DNA of 64,000 nucleotides from Obrimoposthia wandeli. Taxonomy: Eukaryota. Positions 12,231-23,614 of this stretch are shown here, piece by piece; positions within the stretch are counted from its first letter, which is position 1, and every line of letters starts with the position of its first letter. The DNA lies in the NCBI GenBank assembly GCA_977020255.1, contig CDROCS010001843.1:124001-188000 (forward strand), in the 5' to 3' direction. The position numbers and the translations under genes are program-made. The notes under the pieces were generated by a model. That model was not told the DNA's origin, did not search any database, and saw only the letters and a list, made by a program, of their open reading frames with translations.

Positions 12231-12471
12231 AAAAATAAAAATTTTAAATGTTTTATTTTGAATTATTATTTAAATCTCTAAAAATATAAGGGTAAAATAA
12301 TAAAAGACATAAGACAAATTTTTTTAATACATTTATTAATCACAACATCACAATGAGATATGTCAGCAAAGATAAGGTCCATCCTAAAAAATGTATTGAA
12401 ATAACAAATAAGTTAGAGTCTAGGTGCCATAGGGATCTAAAATTTTAAAAAACTAAACTAAAAAAATCAAA

Positions 12472-12672
12472 GTGGTTGGTGGTTGGTGGTTGGTGGTTGG
12501 TGGTTGGTGGTTGGTGGTTGGTGGTTGGTGGTTGGTGGTTGGTGGTTGGTGGTTGGTGGTTGGTGGTTGGTGGTTGGTGGTTGGTGGTTGGTGGTTGGTG
12601 GTTGGTGGTTGGTGGTTGGTGGTTGGTGGTTGGTGGTTGGTGGTTGGTGGTTGGTGGTTGGTGGTTGGTGGT
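12472..12672. repeat. (GGTTGGT)n heptamer tandem array
   Basis: About 28 near-perfect 7-bp units visible directly. Confidence 0.97.
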
Positions 12673-12742
12673 TGTTTGATGTTGTTGTTGGTTGTTGTTT
12701 TTGTTTGTTTGTTTGTTTTTTTGTATTTTTTAAGGGCCTTTT

Positions 12743-15590
12743 TTATTTTACGTAGGTCCAGGTCTCAATCTTCTCCAGCTCCTCGGCTGACAACTTATCC
12801 AGGATCCCAGTTGTATGACTCGAGAATTTAGCCCACGAGGCCGCTGTATGTTCGATGGTTTTCAGGGTTAGTCGGATCTTGATATCCTTGATATCCTTTG
12901 CTTTAAAACCAGCATTTGCAAAGATCCGGTTATTGATTTCAGGCCAGAAGCCGAGGGTCCCGATCCTTAGCGCGTAGAGTTGCACGAGTTTTTCTAGGTG
13001 GCGGGTCTTTAGCATTTCAACGAGCTCCGCGTATTTGGACATAGTTTCAGTGAGCCTCAGATCAAATGACATGTCAGAGTCAAACGGGATCTTGATCTCT
13101 ATCAGCATCACCTTATAGTCAGTCTCGATCGTTATGTCTGGTCATGGTCTGCAGCTGTTTCCGTTATCGTCTACACATAAGTGGGTCAGCTCTTGAGTTA
13201 CCTGTCCTGGATATTTTAGTTCCAAGACCCTTGCAGTTTCCCGGCAGATCATGTCGTGTCTTTGAATTCGTAGTTTTGCTATGAGCTTACAACCAACGAT
13301 TGCATGGCTCATCGACTCTCGCTCCTGGCATCCCTTCCTGCATGGGGCGATCATATCAGTCCTGGGGCCTCGTACCTTCATGCGCCCGCACCTTGCGCGG
13401 TGGATGAAGAACCACCCTCGGTACGTCAGACGGCCCTTCATGATGGCCTGGTTAATGTATGTGTCTGATGTGGCGTTCTTATATATTGGACTCGCTAGCT
13501 TGTCTTCGAGAACCTTGTGACTCTGGCTGAGTTGCACAATGTTATGCATCGCCTTACTTGTGGTCTTGTAGGTCTTGAACTGCATGAGAAAACTGCCTCC
13601 ATGGTCGCTGGTTATGAAAAGATTGAGTGCTTGGTCCTTCTCAATCAGTTCTAGTTTGATATTTAGCTCATTCTGGAATTTCTTGGCCGCGTGGAACAGC
13701 CGCGTCCAAAGTCCCGTATCTTTCATGTTAGTGGCTAGGGTCCCTTCATTAAACCCCTGAACTGCTTCGGAGAAGGTCATTGGCGGATTAGGAAACTTCA
13801 ATTGTTCGGTGAGCTCACGCCTGAATAGGTTCTTTAGGTCCCTGTCGCGTGCATTTGCCATCTTTATCGTCTGGATGATGGACTGGATGTTATATTCGTC
13901 CTCAATCCTTGTCAGCCCAAGACCTCCACGGTCCTTGTTCCCATAGATAACTCCGATAGGGCTGTTGGCTAAGTCTAATCCCGCGATTGGTTTTATGACT
14001 TTCCTTAGGAGTCCTTCGAAGCCCCTTTCGTCTGTTCGGTTGCAGGATAAGCGGGAGTGTACCAGGTTTCCCTGTCTGAATACAAATATCAGCTTTGAGT
14101 GAATGAAGGTATTGTATGCGTCAGTCTTTTGATACGGTCTTAGTTCGCTTTTTGCCACTGCCGTGGTCAGTCGAAGCACTTCAGCCAACAGCTCCTCGCA
14201 ATGTTGCTTGGCGTTTGCAGTCCTGTCGCTGCCAAGGTATCGATATGGCGTGTCCGCAGTTACCTCTGGTATTTTTCCCCCTCTCAACATGAGATTGTCA
14301 GCTAGTTTGTCTTTCCTGTAAGGTATTTGTAGGACACCACACTTGCTGGGCCGGAATGTCAGCTGTAGGGTACTCGCGGTCTTGTCAGCGGTATTGATCA
14401 GGGCCTGGAGTCCTTCTTTGGTGCTAGATATGAGTGCAAGGCCATCGGCGTATGCCAGGGTCCGGATTTCTTCACCTGTTTCAAATCTGTATCCTGAGCC
14501 ATGGCTTTGGTTTGTGGCCTCTATTACCGGATTGATGCTCATATTAAATAAGAGCATCGATAGTGGACACCCTTGTCGCACTCCTCGTTTCATTGGGATC
14601 CGGTTGATTTTTCTGTCACCGCAGACAATGTTGGTCATATTCTGCTTATATACATCTTCAAGCAGTCTGATAGCGGCTGGGGCCACGTTAATTTTTTCCA
14701 GCATTCCCCAAATGAAAGAGACTGGTACCGACCCAAAGGCATCGGCCAGATCTAGGAAGGCGATGTAGGCGCAGCCTTGGTCCCTCTTTCGCAATACTTC
14801 CGAGGTGATCAGGCTAATCACCGTGTTGTGCTCGAAGCACCCCTCGTAGGCACCAAGGGATTTTTGTCGTGGATCCAGTATTTTATTCTTCCAGGCCCAA
14901 TCACTCATCCGTCTTGTGATGATTGACGCAAATATCTTGTAAACGCATGACATGACTGCGATAGGTCGCCAAGCTGTGATGTCATCGTAGCGCTGTTTCC
15001 TAGGGATGAACTTGGTCTTGAAGGTTCGCCAAGAGTCGGGAGTCCGTTGTTCGTCAATGCATGCATTGTATAGGCTGGCCAGTTTGTTACCATTATCGAA
15101 GCTGTGTAACATGTCCTTATATGTTACTTGGTCCGGTCCTGGGGCACTACTAGGTGCTGCTCTCAGCGCTCGAGTCACCTCCTCTGGAGTGATGTGGCTG
15201 ATCTCGAAGGTCTCTGGTGTTTTTTGGAAAAGGTTATCGGGAACTGCATCCCAGTCAATTGGGGTTGGTTCAACGCTCTTGCTTGTGAAGAAACCCCGTA
15301 TATTGTCCTCGTTTGGGCATGCTGTTGTCTCGTCGATAGGGATCTCCGTGATTTGGTCAAATGCTGCTTTTTTTGAGAAGGCGTATAGCTTGTTAATTAC
15401 GATATTCTCCTTGTTCTTGCCGTGGTTCTTTGGCTTGAAACAAGGGGCTTGATCACAATCCAGTTTCCTCAGTAGGCAGGCTGTGGTCACAGCCTTTTCT
15501 ATTGCGTTCACGTCCTTTCTTTCCTGCCGGGGGTTATTGCTCAGCACAATGGCCAAGGGTTCAGATATATCACCTTTCAGATATAAAAAT
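12743..15590 (-). mobile_element. 5'-truncated RLE-type non-LTR retrotransposon (NeSL/R2 superfamily), RT plus zinc knuckle plus restriction-like endonuclease, inactivated
   Basis: RT motifs WRPIAVMS, AFLDLADAFGSV, GVRQGCPLSMLLFN, YADG; CRKGC..ESMSH..GC..RHD; in-frame TGA at 13142-13144 then PDITIE..MLIEIKIPFD..K.KY. Confidence 0.93.
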
Positions 15591-16826
15591 CCTTAGGCAT
15601 GCTATATAACGTATTGTCATCAGGATTCAGTGAACATAATGTCAGATGTTTGCTGTAAGAGAGCTCGGATCGGAACCCATGCAAACATCTATGACACCAC
15701 TTACACCTTATCCTAACCGGTAAGGCTCCATTATCTAAATTTAGAAGACGATCTAAATTGGGAATTGCAGCATAATGGAATTTTTTATTATGTTCGAGCA
15801 AAATTAAGTTGACCTGAGTCCCCTCATTTTTGCTCCTATAAATTACATCTACAAAAGGATTTTTAAAAGGGGTATATTTACTGACACGCTCTCTATGCTC
15901 AGTAATTACATCCCTTTTGAGGATGGCCAACACGCTATACAGAAAGCAAAGGCTATCACTGTTTTGTACGTTAACAATGGAACGTGAAAGTTGAAGAGAT
16001 CTAGGTGAAGGAATGTATGAACTCCCCGAAAGATATATCATGTCAGTGAACTTTGTTAGAACAAAGCTAACATCGTGAATTCTAACTAGAGTCCATCCAC
16101 TACTTAACTCGCTATAATTAGCAATTTTTTCATCCAGGTTTCTTCCAATTTTAGTTACAAAATTATCATAGAAAACAGTTGCTTTATGTGAAATTATCCA
16201 AGTTTTAGTTTCCTCATTGACATTTTTAAAATGCACTGTTGCGCAAAATTGAACCTTAGCCTGTCCTAATTTAGTCACTTCTGATTTTAAAAGATTTTCA
16301 ATATTTGAATCTACACCTACGTTTAATAAAATTTCATTTCCTAATGGCACCTTAACTATAACATATTTCTTATTTAGGTGATACTCTATAGTAGCACCGT
16401 TTTCTCTACGTTTTTTTGGGTGGGACCTTATTAAGAAATTGGTCTCGCCTCTTTCTTCCGTTTGTCGCTGACAAACCTCCCCCTAATTGAACGGGAAGAC
16501 AACTATTTATATTAGCAGTTGACACAAACGCAGCTGAGATTGAAGGTGCTGCTATTGGCGATGCTGTCGATGTTGAGGTAATCGCAGCTGGTGTAGACGA
16601 TGCTGCTGGAATAGATGCTGCCGCAGATGTAGAGGCTACATTTGAAGCTGACCTTGCCGATGAAGAAGCGGCTGTTGTAGAGGTTAGTGCTGCTGAAATA
16701 AATATAATAAAAAATAAATATATTTTTAAAAATTACCTCTAAGGCGTGCTAACATCGATGTAGGCACTCGAGATGGGGGAGGCATAGCTGTCCTATCGGA
16801 TGACGGCTGTATCATAGTACTTCCTG

Positions 16827-16868
<42 letters not shown>

Positions 16869-17492
16869 AAAAATAAAATATATAATTTAAAAATAATAAT
16901 AAAAAAATACCTAATGAAGGCAATCCAAGTTGAGCTGGAATGAAGTCCTCTTCATTGACGAAATCCATCCAGCTGTCGTCCGACATCTCGACGAAATCGG
17001 ATTCCTCGATGGTCTCCAACCATGAGTTATCGCTCCACTGCTCTATCTCGAAATCTGACTGGGATATGTCATTCATCCACTCATTGTTAGACATTTGAGT
17101 GGATGGGTCAGAATCAGGAGCCTGGAGACCAATCGCAGGACCGTAAAATGGTTGATCGACTGCAACTGGAATTAGAGGTGGAGCGGTCTGCGAATCGCGC
17201 ACCAATTGCACGATATCCCTCTTCTTGTTGTTGGCCGTGAAACACGATAGATGAGCTCGATGTTCACCGAAGAAGTCTCGAAACTCCTTCTCCTCCATTG
17301 TTCTGCAGAATGGGCAGACAAAGAAATGAAGCCCGCGAGACTTTGTCCGATAGTATGCAGACATTGTCTCCATGCAGGTCTCTCCTCCATGCGGAGCCGA
17401 AGCACCACAATATGCAGGGAATAGGTTACACATAATCTGAAATAATAAATATTAATAAGGAAATAATAAATATAGATTCTTACCATAGGCAT
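15577..17492 (-). pseudogene. protein-primed PolB N-terminal region with spliced N-terminal extension (introns 17483-17437, 16910-16824, 16736-16693; +1 frameshift near 16415)
   Basis: SGWTL, SGSSYIPSP, IVNVQNSDSLCFLYSVLA, HYAAIPNLDRLL, CHRCL.GF.SE..KH..C are typical of the Polinton pPolB N-terminus; all three introns join in phase; polymerase core absent. Confidence 0.8.
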
Positions 17493-18305
17493 TATTTCAA
17501 ATAGTCGGGGATTTAAATGAAGAAAGTGTTTGCTTATATACTAAAATTTATGCACACATGCTCTTTTCCTATTGGATTAAAAAAATTGAAAAGGATTGTT
17601 TATCTGTTAAATGGTCGAAAAAAATATTTTTTTATTCCTCCAGTCAAAAGAATTAATTGTAATTGAATGAAAATTATGAATTAGAAGAATTGTTTATCTA
17701 CATGTCAAGTAATAATAAGAAAGACTTAAACATTTTTATATGCGCAATGGTCACCATGATTACGATATGGACAGCAAATATTTCGTGGAATTTTTAATAG
17801 ATGATCACGTGAAATATTTAAAGTATTCAACCTCAATTTGGGAAAATATTTTTTTAAAGTCATATACTTATTGCCATCCATTTCATCTAAAACATAAAAA
17901 ATTCTATTTTCTATATCAAAATTAAATTTGATTGTATCGAAAATACATGTTTCACAAAAAGCCTTATGTCCTTCTTTCCATTTTAATAAATGAATATAAT
18001 TAGTTAGATATAAATTAGTAATTTTTTTCTTATAATCTTAACTTTTAAACGGGATATATATTTGAAATATGAAATACAATGGATGAAAAACATCGCATAC
18101 ATCCATAATACATAACTCTTTTATAATATAATCACCATTTTTGTTAATGAAAGCCTCAAAATCTATGATATATTCCTGCATAATTATCTAAATTTGCAGC
18201 AAATCCCGTTGTTTATAACGAAGTACTTTCATGTTAAGATTGGTATATTTTGTCAATTCTCATATGTAATCAATAATCAATAAAGACAAAATAATAATCA
18301 AAATT

Positions 18306-18626
18306 TTATTTTTTTGTAGAAGGACCCTCTTCCGGTTTAATCTGGAGGATTCTCTTTCTTGCTGCTCGCCGAACATCCTCCATCTCTTCTCTTCTTTTTT
18401 CATCCACCTTCCTTTTTTCCAATTCGATCTTATTATTCCACTCCACGATTCGACGGCGTTCTGCTAGCCTCCTATCCTGCATCTCCACCCGATGATTCCA
18501 CTCTCTCGCGACAGCAGTATACAAATTTTGATTGAGGACCCTCTTTCTTAAGTCCCCTTTCTTCTCATTTATTCTGATGTTTGCTTCAATCTTCGTCACC
18601 AGACTCTTCATTTTAATGAATTCCAT
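18306..18626 (-). CDS. small charged protein of Polinton B (weak SERTA-like motif)
   Basis: Intact 106-aa ORF with DLRKRVLNQNL followed by a coiled-coil-like K/R/E tail. Confidence 0.55.
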   Translation of the reverse strand: MEFIKMKSLVTKIEANIRINEKKGDLRKRVLNQNLYTAVAREWNHRVEMQDRRLAERRRIVEWNNKIELEKRKVDEKRREEMEDVRRAARKRILQIKPEEGPSTKK

Positions 18627-18823
18627 TTTTTTAATTATGAAGAGGTTAATAAATTTGAACCTATATATATAAATTTGAGATATTTTTTAATCCAATTAAA
18701 TGATATATTTATCAAATGAGAGTTTAAGAAATCTATAACTTATCATTGCAAATAAATTTAAAGATAGTATTTCTAAATTTAAAATTTAAAAAAAAAAAAA
18801 TATTAAGAAGAAAACATATGAAA

Positions 18824-20583
18824 TTAATTTTTATAAATTATATTTTTAATCATATTTACGAAGTCATCATTGGGATCATCCGGATCGAAATCCCTCCGAA
18901 TAAGTATAATTGGAGAAAGCGGTACTGGTTCCTTCTTCTTTGGCCGACCTGGTTTCTTTTTCGGCTTCACCGGTTGCTTTGTAGAAATTGTCCTTCCCTC
19001 GGGTTTTGGCAATAGTTGCCGCAACATTTTGGGAGGAGGTGCAGCCGATGTTGATGGTCCCGACATATAAGTTATCTTCCTCTTCCGCGGAGCTTTCTTC
19101 TGTTTCTCCTCTTTCTCACACTGAAGCTGGCGTGAGACGGCATCCTGTTGCCCTCGCGAATCTGGAAGCATTGCCGGTGAATCCAGTTCCGCCAGGAATT
19201 CGTCCAATCCAGCTTCATCCCAGGCCCTCTTCAAGTTATGGCTGGTTGTTGGATGAGGAGAAGCAGTCTCCTGCAGGCGTCGTTGACTTGAGGGCGGACT
19301 TATCTCGATCGGTGAGACTGGGATCCTCTCATATAGGATTGGACCGTCGTCCACTGGAGATGGGAGAATCTCCTGCCGTCCAATCACCGCCTCAGAATAA
19401 TGGCCAATTGAGGTTTTACATTTTCTCGAGCGCCTCGTCTTCTTCACCTCTGCCCTCTTCGTCCGTTTCCGCGAGAAAGGAGTAATTTCTCCCCAAGTTT
19501 CCTCAAATATCTGGACGGGTTCCTACAAAATATTAATAAAATTTAAACATATAAATAATTTACCTCAATGATGGGCAGGTTAGCCTGTTTCACCAACTTG
19601 GCCTTCTTCCGAGTGAGGGTTTTGACCCGATGGCGTTGCGGTTTCTTAACTGCCGCTTGCTTCCTATCCACCGGTTGAATAGGCGTCGCCTCTTCGTGGA
19701 TGTTCTCCATCTATGTGAATTATTAAATTTAATATCTAAATAAATTACCTTAAAATTATCTGGAGACGCTAGGTATCGGAGCTGACTCCTTGGCAGCTCC
19801 TGGCTGCATTGACTCGCCAAGTACTGCGGTTCAATCAGCCTCTCCGTCATGGTCACTGACGGTGCCAAATCCAGTTGAAGTTTCGGAAAATGAAATTAAA
19901 AAACATTTAAAATAAATGATGTCTAACTTCATTCGTCGCTTTTATTCTCCTAACAGGAGATTTCGGCCTTTTGAATGGTTCAGGCATTGTATTATCTGCT
20001 TTCGGAGTAGCAGAGGGAGTGAGACCATCCCAATCGTCGGTGAACAGGTGCCACTCGTCCTCGTCCAATTCTGCTACCATCGATTCGTTGGCTCCAGGGG
20101 CTCCGATACTTGGCTGTATCCATTCGTCGATGAATGGAGTCAAGTCCTCCTCCCCATCCGAAGGTACATCATCGGTGACAGCTCCTCGCCTGAGTCTGGT
20201 GCAAGGACTTTCTCCGGTTGAGACAGCGGGATCAATTTCCAGGGGCATTTGATTGCCTCCTCAAAATTGTCGAAGAGATTGGATCTCCCTGCTGCTACTG
20301 CTGAAGTTGCCGGACGATTGGGTTTTGTGTTTTGTCTGGGAGTACAGTCTTCCCAATTCTCTATCGAATCCTGACTAGTCAGATCGATATATTGGGATCT
20401 CTATACCCCACCTCTCACGTCCATTGGTTCTTATCTTGGAGTTGAGCTGGCCAATGAGGCTTCTTCTTGTAACAGGTTCGCTCTTGCCGCCGAAGGGGCG
20501 GGTGGTGTATGTTAGGGTCTTGGGTATGACACGGGTCGTTTACATTTGTAGTTGTGAGAGGTAAAGTGATACTGTAGCGCATG
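18824..20583 (-). pseudogene. multi-exon disordered protein of Polinton B with AT-hook-like motif; 5' part degraded
   Basis: Phase-0 introns 19563-19523, 19748-19711 and 19927-19890 (last has mutated acceptor) link the GC-rich ORFs; KKKPGRPKKK motif; acidic Trp-containing patches. Confidence 0.62.
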
Positions 20584-21429
20584 TTTTTGTAGTTATTTTC
20601 GCGAGAATGGAGCCCGCCCTTAAGTACAAGTGAGTTAATATCTTGTAATATTCGATCATTTTTAACATTTGTATTTTAGTAGTTATTAGTTGAACTTGAA
20701 GTATTCTTTTTTTTTTAAATAAATTATTTATATTTTAAAAATATCAAATAGTACTTGTTAATATGAATTGCTTTGCATTTGAAACTATTTTCGTCATTGT
20801 TTTAATACATTAATTGTAAACAATAAAAAAAACGCGCAATTTTAAAATTTTAATGTAATAAATTTGTTATTTTTTCTAAAGTTACAGTTAGATTATAGAA
20901 TAATGCTATTAGGCTGACGGACATACATCAATGGATTCGATGAATAACTTGTGATAAGATGAATATTTATCAAATTATTAATTATTTTATAATTAACATT
21001 ATGTTTAAAATCAAATTTGTTTAATTAAATCAAAGAAATGATAAAAATTTAGCACAAATTTAAATTTAAAAAATATTTTTATTTTAGAAAATTACAAGTA
21101 CTTTTATTTTTTTACCAGAACCTATTAAAGTATGCATGACCTTAAGGGTGTCTTTGAACTCAATTTTCATAGGCAAATACAACCATGTAATAAAATTATC
21201 ATGTTTGTTCCAAATTTGACCCTTAACTTGTGAACGACCATAAAATTTTTACATGATTAAACTCGTATTATGTTGACGAATACAACCATGTACTTGAAAC
21301 TATGAAATTCTATTTTTTTAACCCTTCATCTATGGACAACCATACCTATATGGATGAATTCGTCTTCTAAAGATGATTCCAACCATGTCTTCAAACCTTG
21401 ATATTTTAAACTTGATTTTGTTTTTTAGC

Positions 21430-22220
21430 CCGACCCTTTGATTTATGGACGACCATACTTTAAGGCTGAATTCACCTTCGAAAGATGATTCCAACCATGT
21501 ACTAAAACCTTGATATTTAAAACTTGATTTTGTTTTTAGCCCGACCCTTTGATTTATGGACGTCCATGACCCTTTAGGTATGTTGGTCGACCATAGATGG
21601 TCATGACCATACCTTCAAACATTCAAGTCCAAACTGAGTCCGACCCTTTGATTTATGGACGACCACAACCCTTTAGGTATGTTGGTCGACCATAGATGGT
21701 CATGACCATACCTTCAAATCTTCAAGTCAAAACTGACCCCAACCCTTCGACCTATGGACGACCACAACCCTTTAGATGTGATGACCAACCATAGTTGACC
21801 TTAATTATACCTTCAAAGTTTCAAGTCAAAACTGACCTTGACCCTTTGACCTATGGACGACCACAACCCCTTGGGTATGTTGGCCGACCATAGTTGACCT
21901 TAATTATACCTTCAAACCTTCAAGTCAAAACTGAGCCCGACCCTTTCACCTATGGACGACCACAACCCCTTGGGTATGTTGGCCGATCATAGATGGTCAT
22001 GACCATACCTTCAAACCTTCAAGTCAAAACTGACCCCGACCCTTTGATTTATGGACGACCACAACCCCTTGGGTATGTTGGTCGACCATAGATGGTCATG
22101 ATCATACCTTCAAACCTTCAAGTCAAAACTGACCCCAACCCTTTGATTTATGGACGACCACAACTTCTTGGGTATGTTGGTCGACCATAGATGGTCACGA
22201 CCATACCTTCAAACCTTCAT
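21430..22220. repeat. subterminal tandem array, 99-bp unit (about 7 copies) preceded by related 111-bp units
   Basis: CCGACCCTTTGATTTATGGACGACC recurs at about 21430, 21541, 21640, 21739, 21838, 21937, 22036 and 22135. Confidence 0.92.
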
Positions 22221-22367
22221 AACCTTTCTGAGCCAGACCCTTATGGTGTGGCAAGACACCTCTATTGTGATGCAACATATACCCTTATTGTGTGACACCC
22301 TTTAACTTGGTGTGCGCACACAGGGGGGGACCCCCCCAGTGGTCTAGACTCCATCAAAGTACCTACT

Positions 22368-23614
22368 AAAGGGTTATAGCTTATGGTTCACACGCAATGT
22401 CAAAACATGAAATGGGGTATTTTATTACTCGAAAAGAATTACTGATAATATACTATTTTTGCAATCACTTTGAGCACTATTTATACGGAAAACAATTTGT
22501 ATTGAGAACAGACCATAGAGCAATAACTTTCATGACCAAAACAAAAAAACCGATAACACCTCAGTTTCAAACATGGATAAACTACCTCAGTAGCCTTGAC
22601 ATAGACCTTTTGTATCGGAAAGGTGAGCTACATACAAATGCAGATGCAATGTCAAGAAGTGAGTGTCAAACTTGTTTACAATGTCAAAGGATACACCTGG
22701 ATCCAAAGTTGGGAAGGCTAAAAACTAAGATTTCGTCTATCGTGAATAAGAATAATTGTTCAGTGTGGCAATCAAATAATGCAGAAATTGAGGAATTAAA
22801 GAAAAATGTAAAATATCAATATAAAAATGGAATAATCCACACGTGAGATGACAAAACGTGGATTCCAGAAGATATGCGAGATAAATTTATAATGAAAAAT
22901 CATGAAGATTTATGCCATGCTGGATTTAGAAAAATCCAAAAATACCTTGAGAATAATTTTGATATGAAAAATATTATGTCCAGAATTAAATACATTGTTC
23001 GGAGCTGTAAAGCATGTCAATTGAGAAAAACATTCACGGGAAGAACAAAAGAAGAGATAAAAAAACGTTATTAGTAAATAACAACAAATAAATAGCACTA
23101 TTAATTATTCAAGTCCATAAATACGAGTTGTGCGATTTAGTGCTAGTAAAGAGAGAATTGAATAATAAAGCAGAAGATAGGTATGAAGGTCCAGTGAAAG
23201 TAATAAAGAATATTCACGAAAGAAGTTATGGGCTGAAATTTGAGAATGGACGTAAGTTGGTAAGAAATGTAGAGTGGCTAAAGCCTTTTAAACAAGGGGG
23301 GATGTGAGGTTGAATATATTGCTTTGTTTGATATGTTATACGAGTATGTTTGTATGCCTGTAAATTATGTATGTATGTCTGTTATTTATATTTGTATTTC
23401 TTATGCTCACTCGAGAATGCTGCTACTCATATAATACTTTATAATCAAGGAATATTCTAGAAACAAAATGGACGTGTTTGTTTTTGTTTTAATATTCTGG
23501 TTTTTGAATATAATTTTGAATTTATGTCTTTTGACGTGATCACTCGTTCCGACAGTAATATAAACCCGTTAGCTGGTTTTATCCTAACTGTATATTTAAT
23601 TCAACGATACTACA
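22368..23614 (+). mobile_element. Ty3/Gypsy LTR retrotransposon 3' fragment (RNase H, integrase remnants, PPT, 3' LTR)
   Basis: IAYGSH..SKHE.Y..RKELL, FVLRTDHRA, YRKG..NADAMSR; H..CHAG...C.ACQ; RYEGP; PPT AAACAAGGGGGGA then TG at 23303; LTR end near TACTACA at 23614 is tentative. Confidence 0.85.

Larger units (their letters stand above)
7047..12318 (+). mobile_element. Polinton/Maverick family A, copy A1 (internally deleted, right arm missing)
   Basis: Starts AGTAGGTGGATGTGTCCGGTCTAATCC; carries ATPase, minor capsid, major capsid and protease genes collinear with copy A2 at 51553-57819; right boundary approximate. Confidence 0.92.
15577..22367 (-). mobile_element. Polinton/Maverick family B, one arm (terminus at 22367), truncated inside pPolB
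   Basis: Terminus reads inward AGTAGGTACTTTGATGGAGTCTAGACC; subterminal tandem repeats; GC-rich genes leading to a pPolB N-terminal region. Confidence 0.78.

Noticed and set aside
12472-12672. Interstitial telomeric repeat
   Set aside because: The unit is GGTTGGT, not TTAGGG or a close variant
12472-12831. Three ORFs encoding (VVGGWWL)n
   Set aside because: They are translations of a 7-bp tandem repeat that has no stop codons in any frame
13281-15452. Plus-strand and alternate-frame ORFs overlapping the RT
   Set aside because: Shadow ORFs of a GC-richer coding region, with no motifs of their own
21430-22220. CRISPR-like array
   Set aside because: Whole 99-bp units repeat with no unique spacers, there are no cas genes, and the context is eukaryotic
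7047-22367. One complete Polinton from 7047 to 22367
   Set aside because: The ends share only about 7 bp, the flanks differ (CACTTA vs AAAGGG) so there is no TSD, and gene GC content differs; better read as two families
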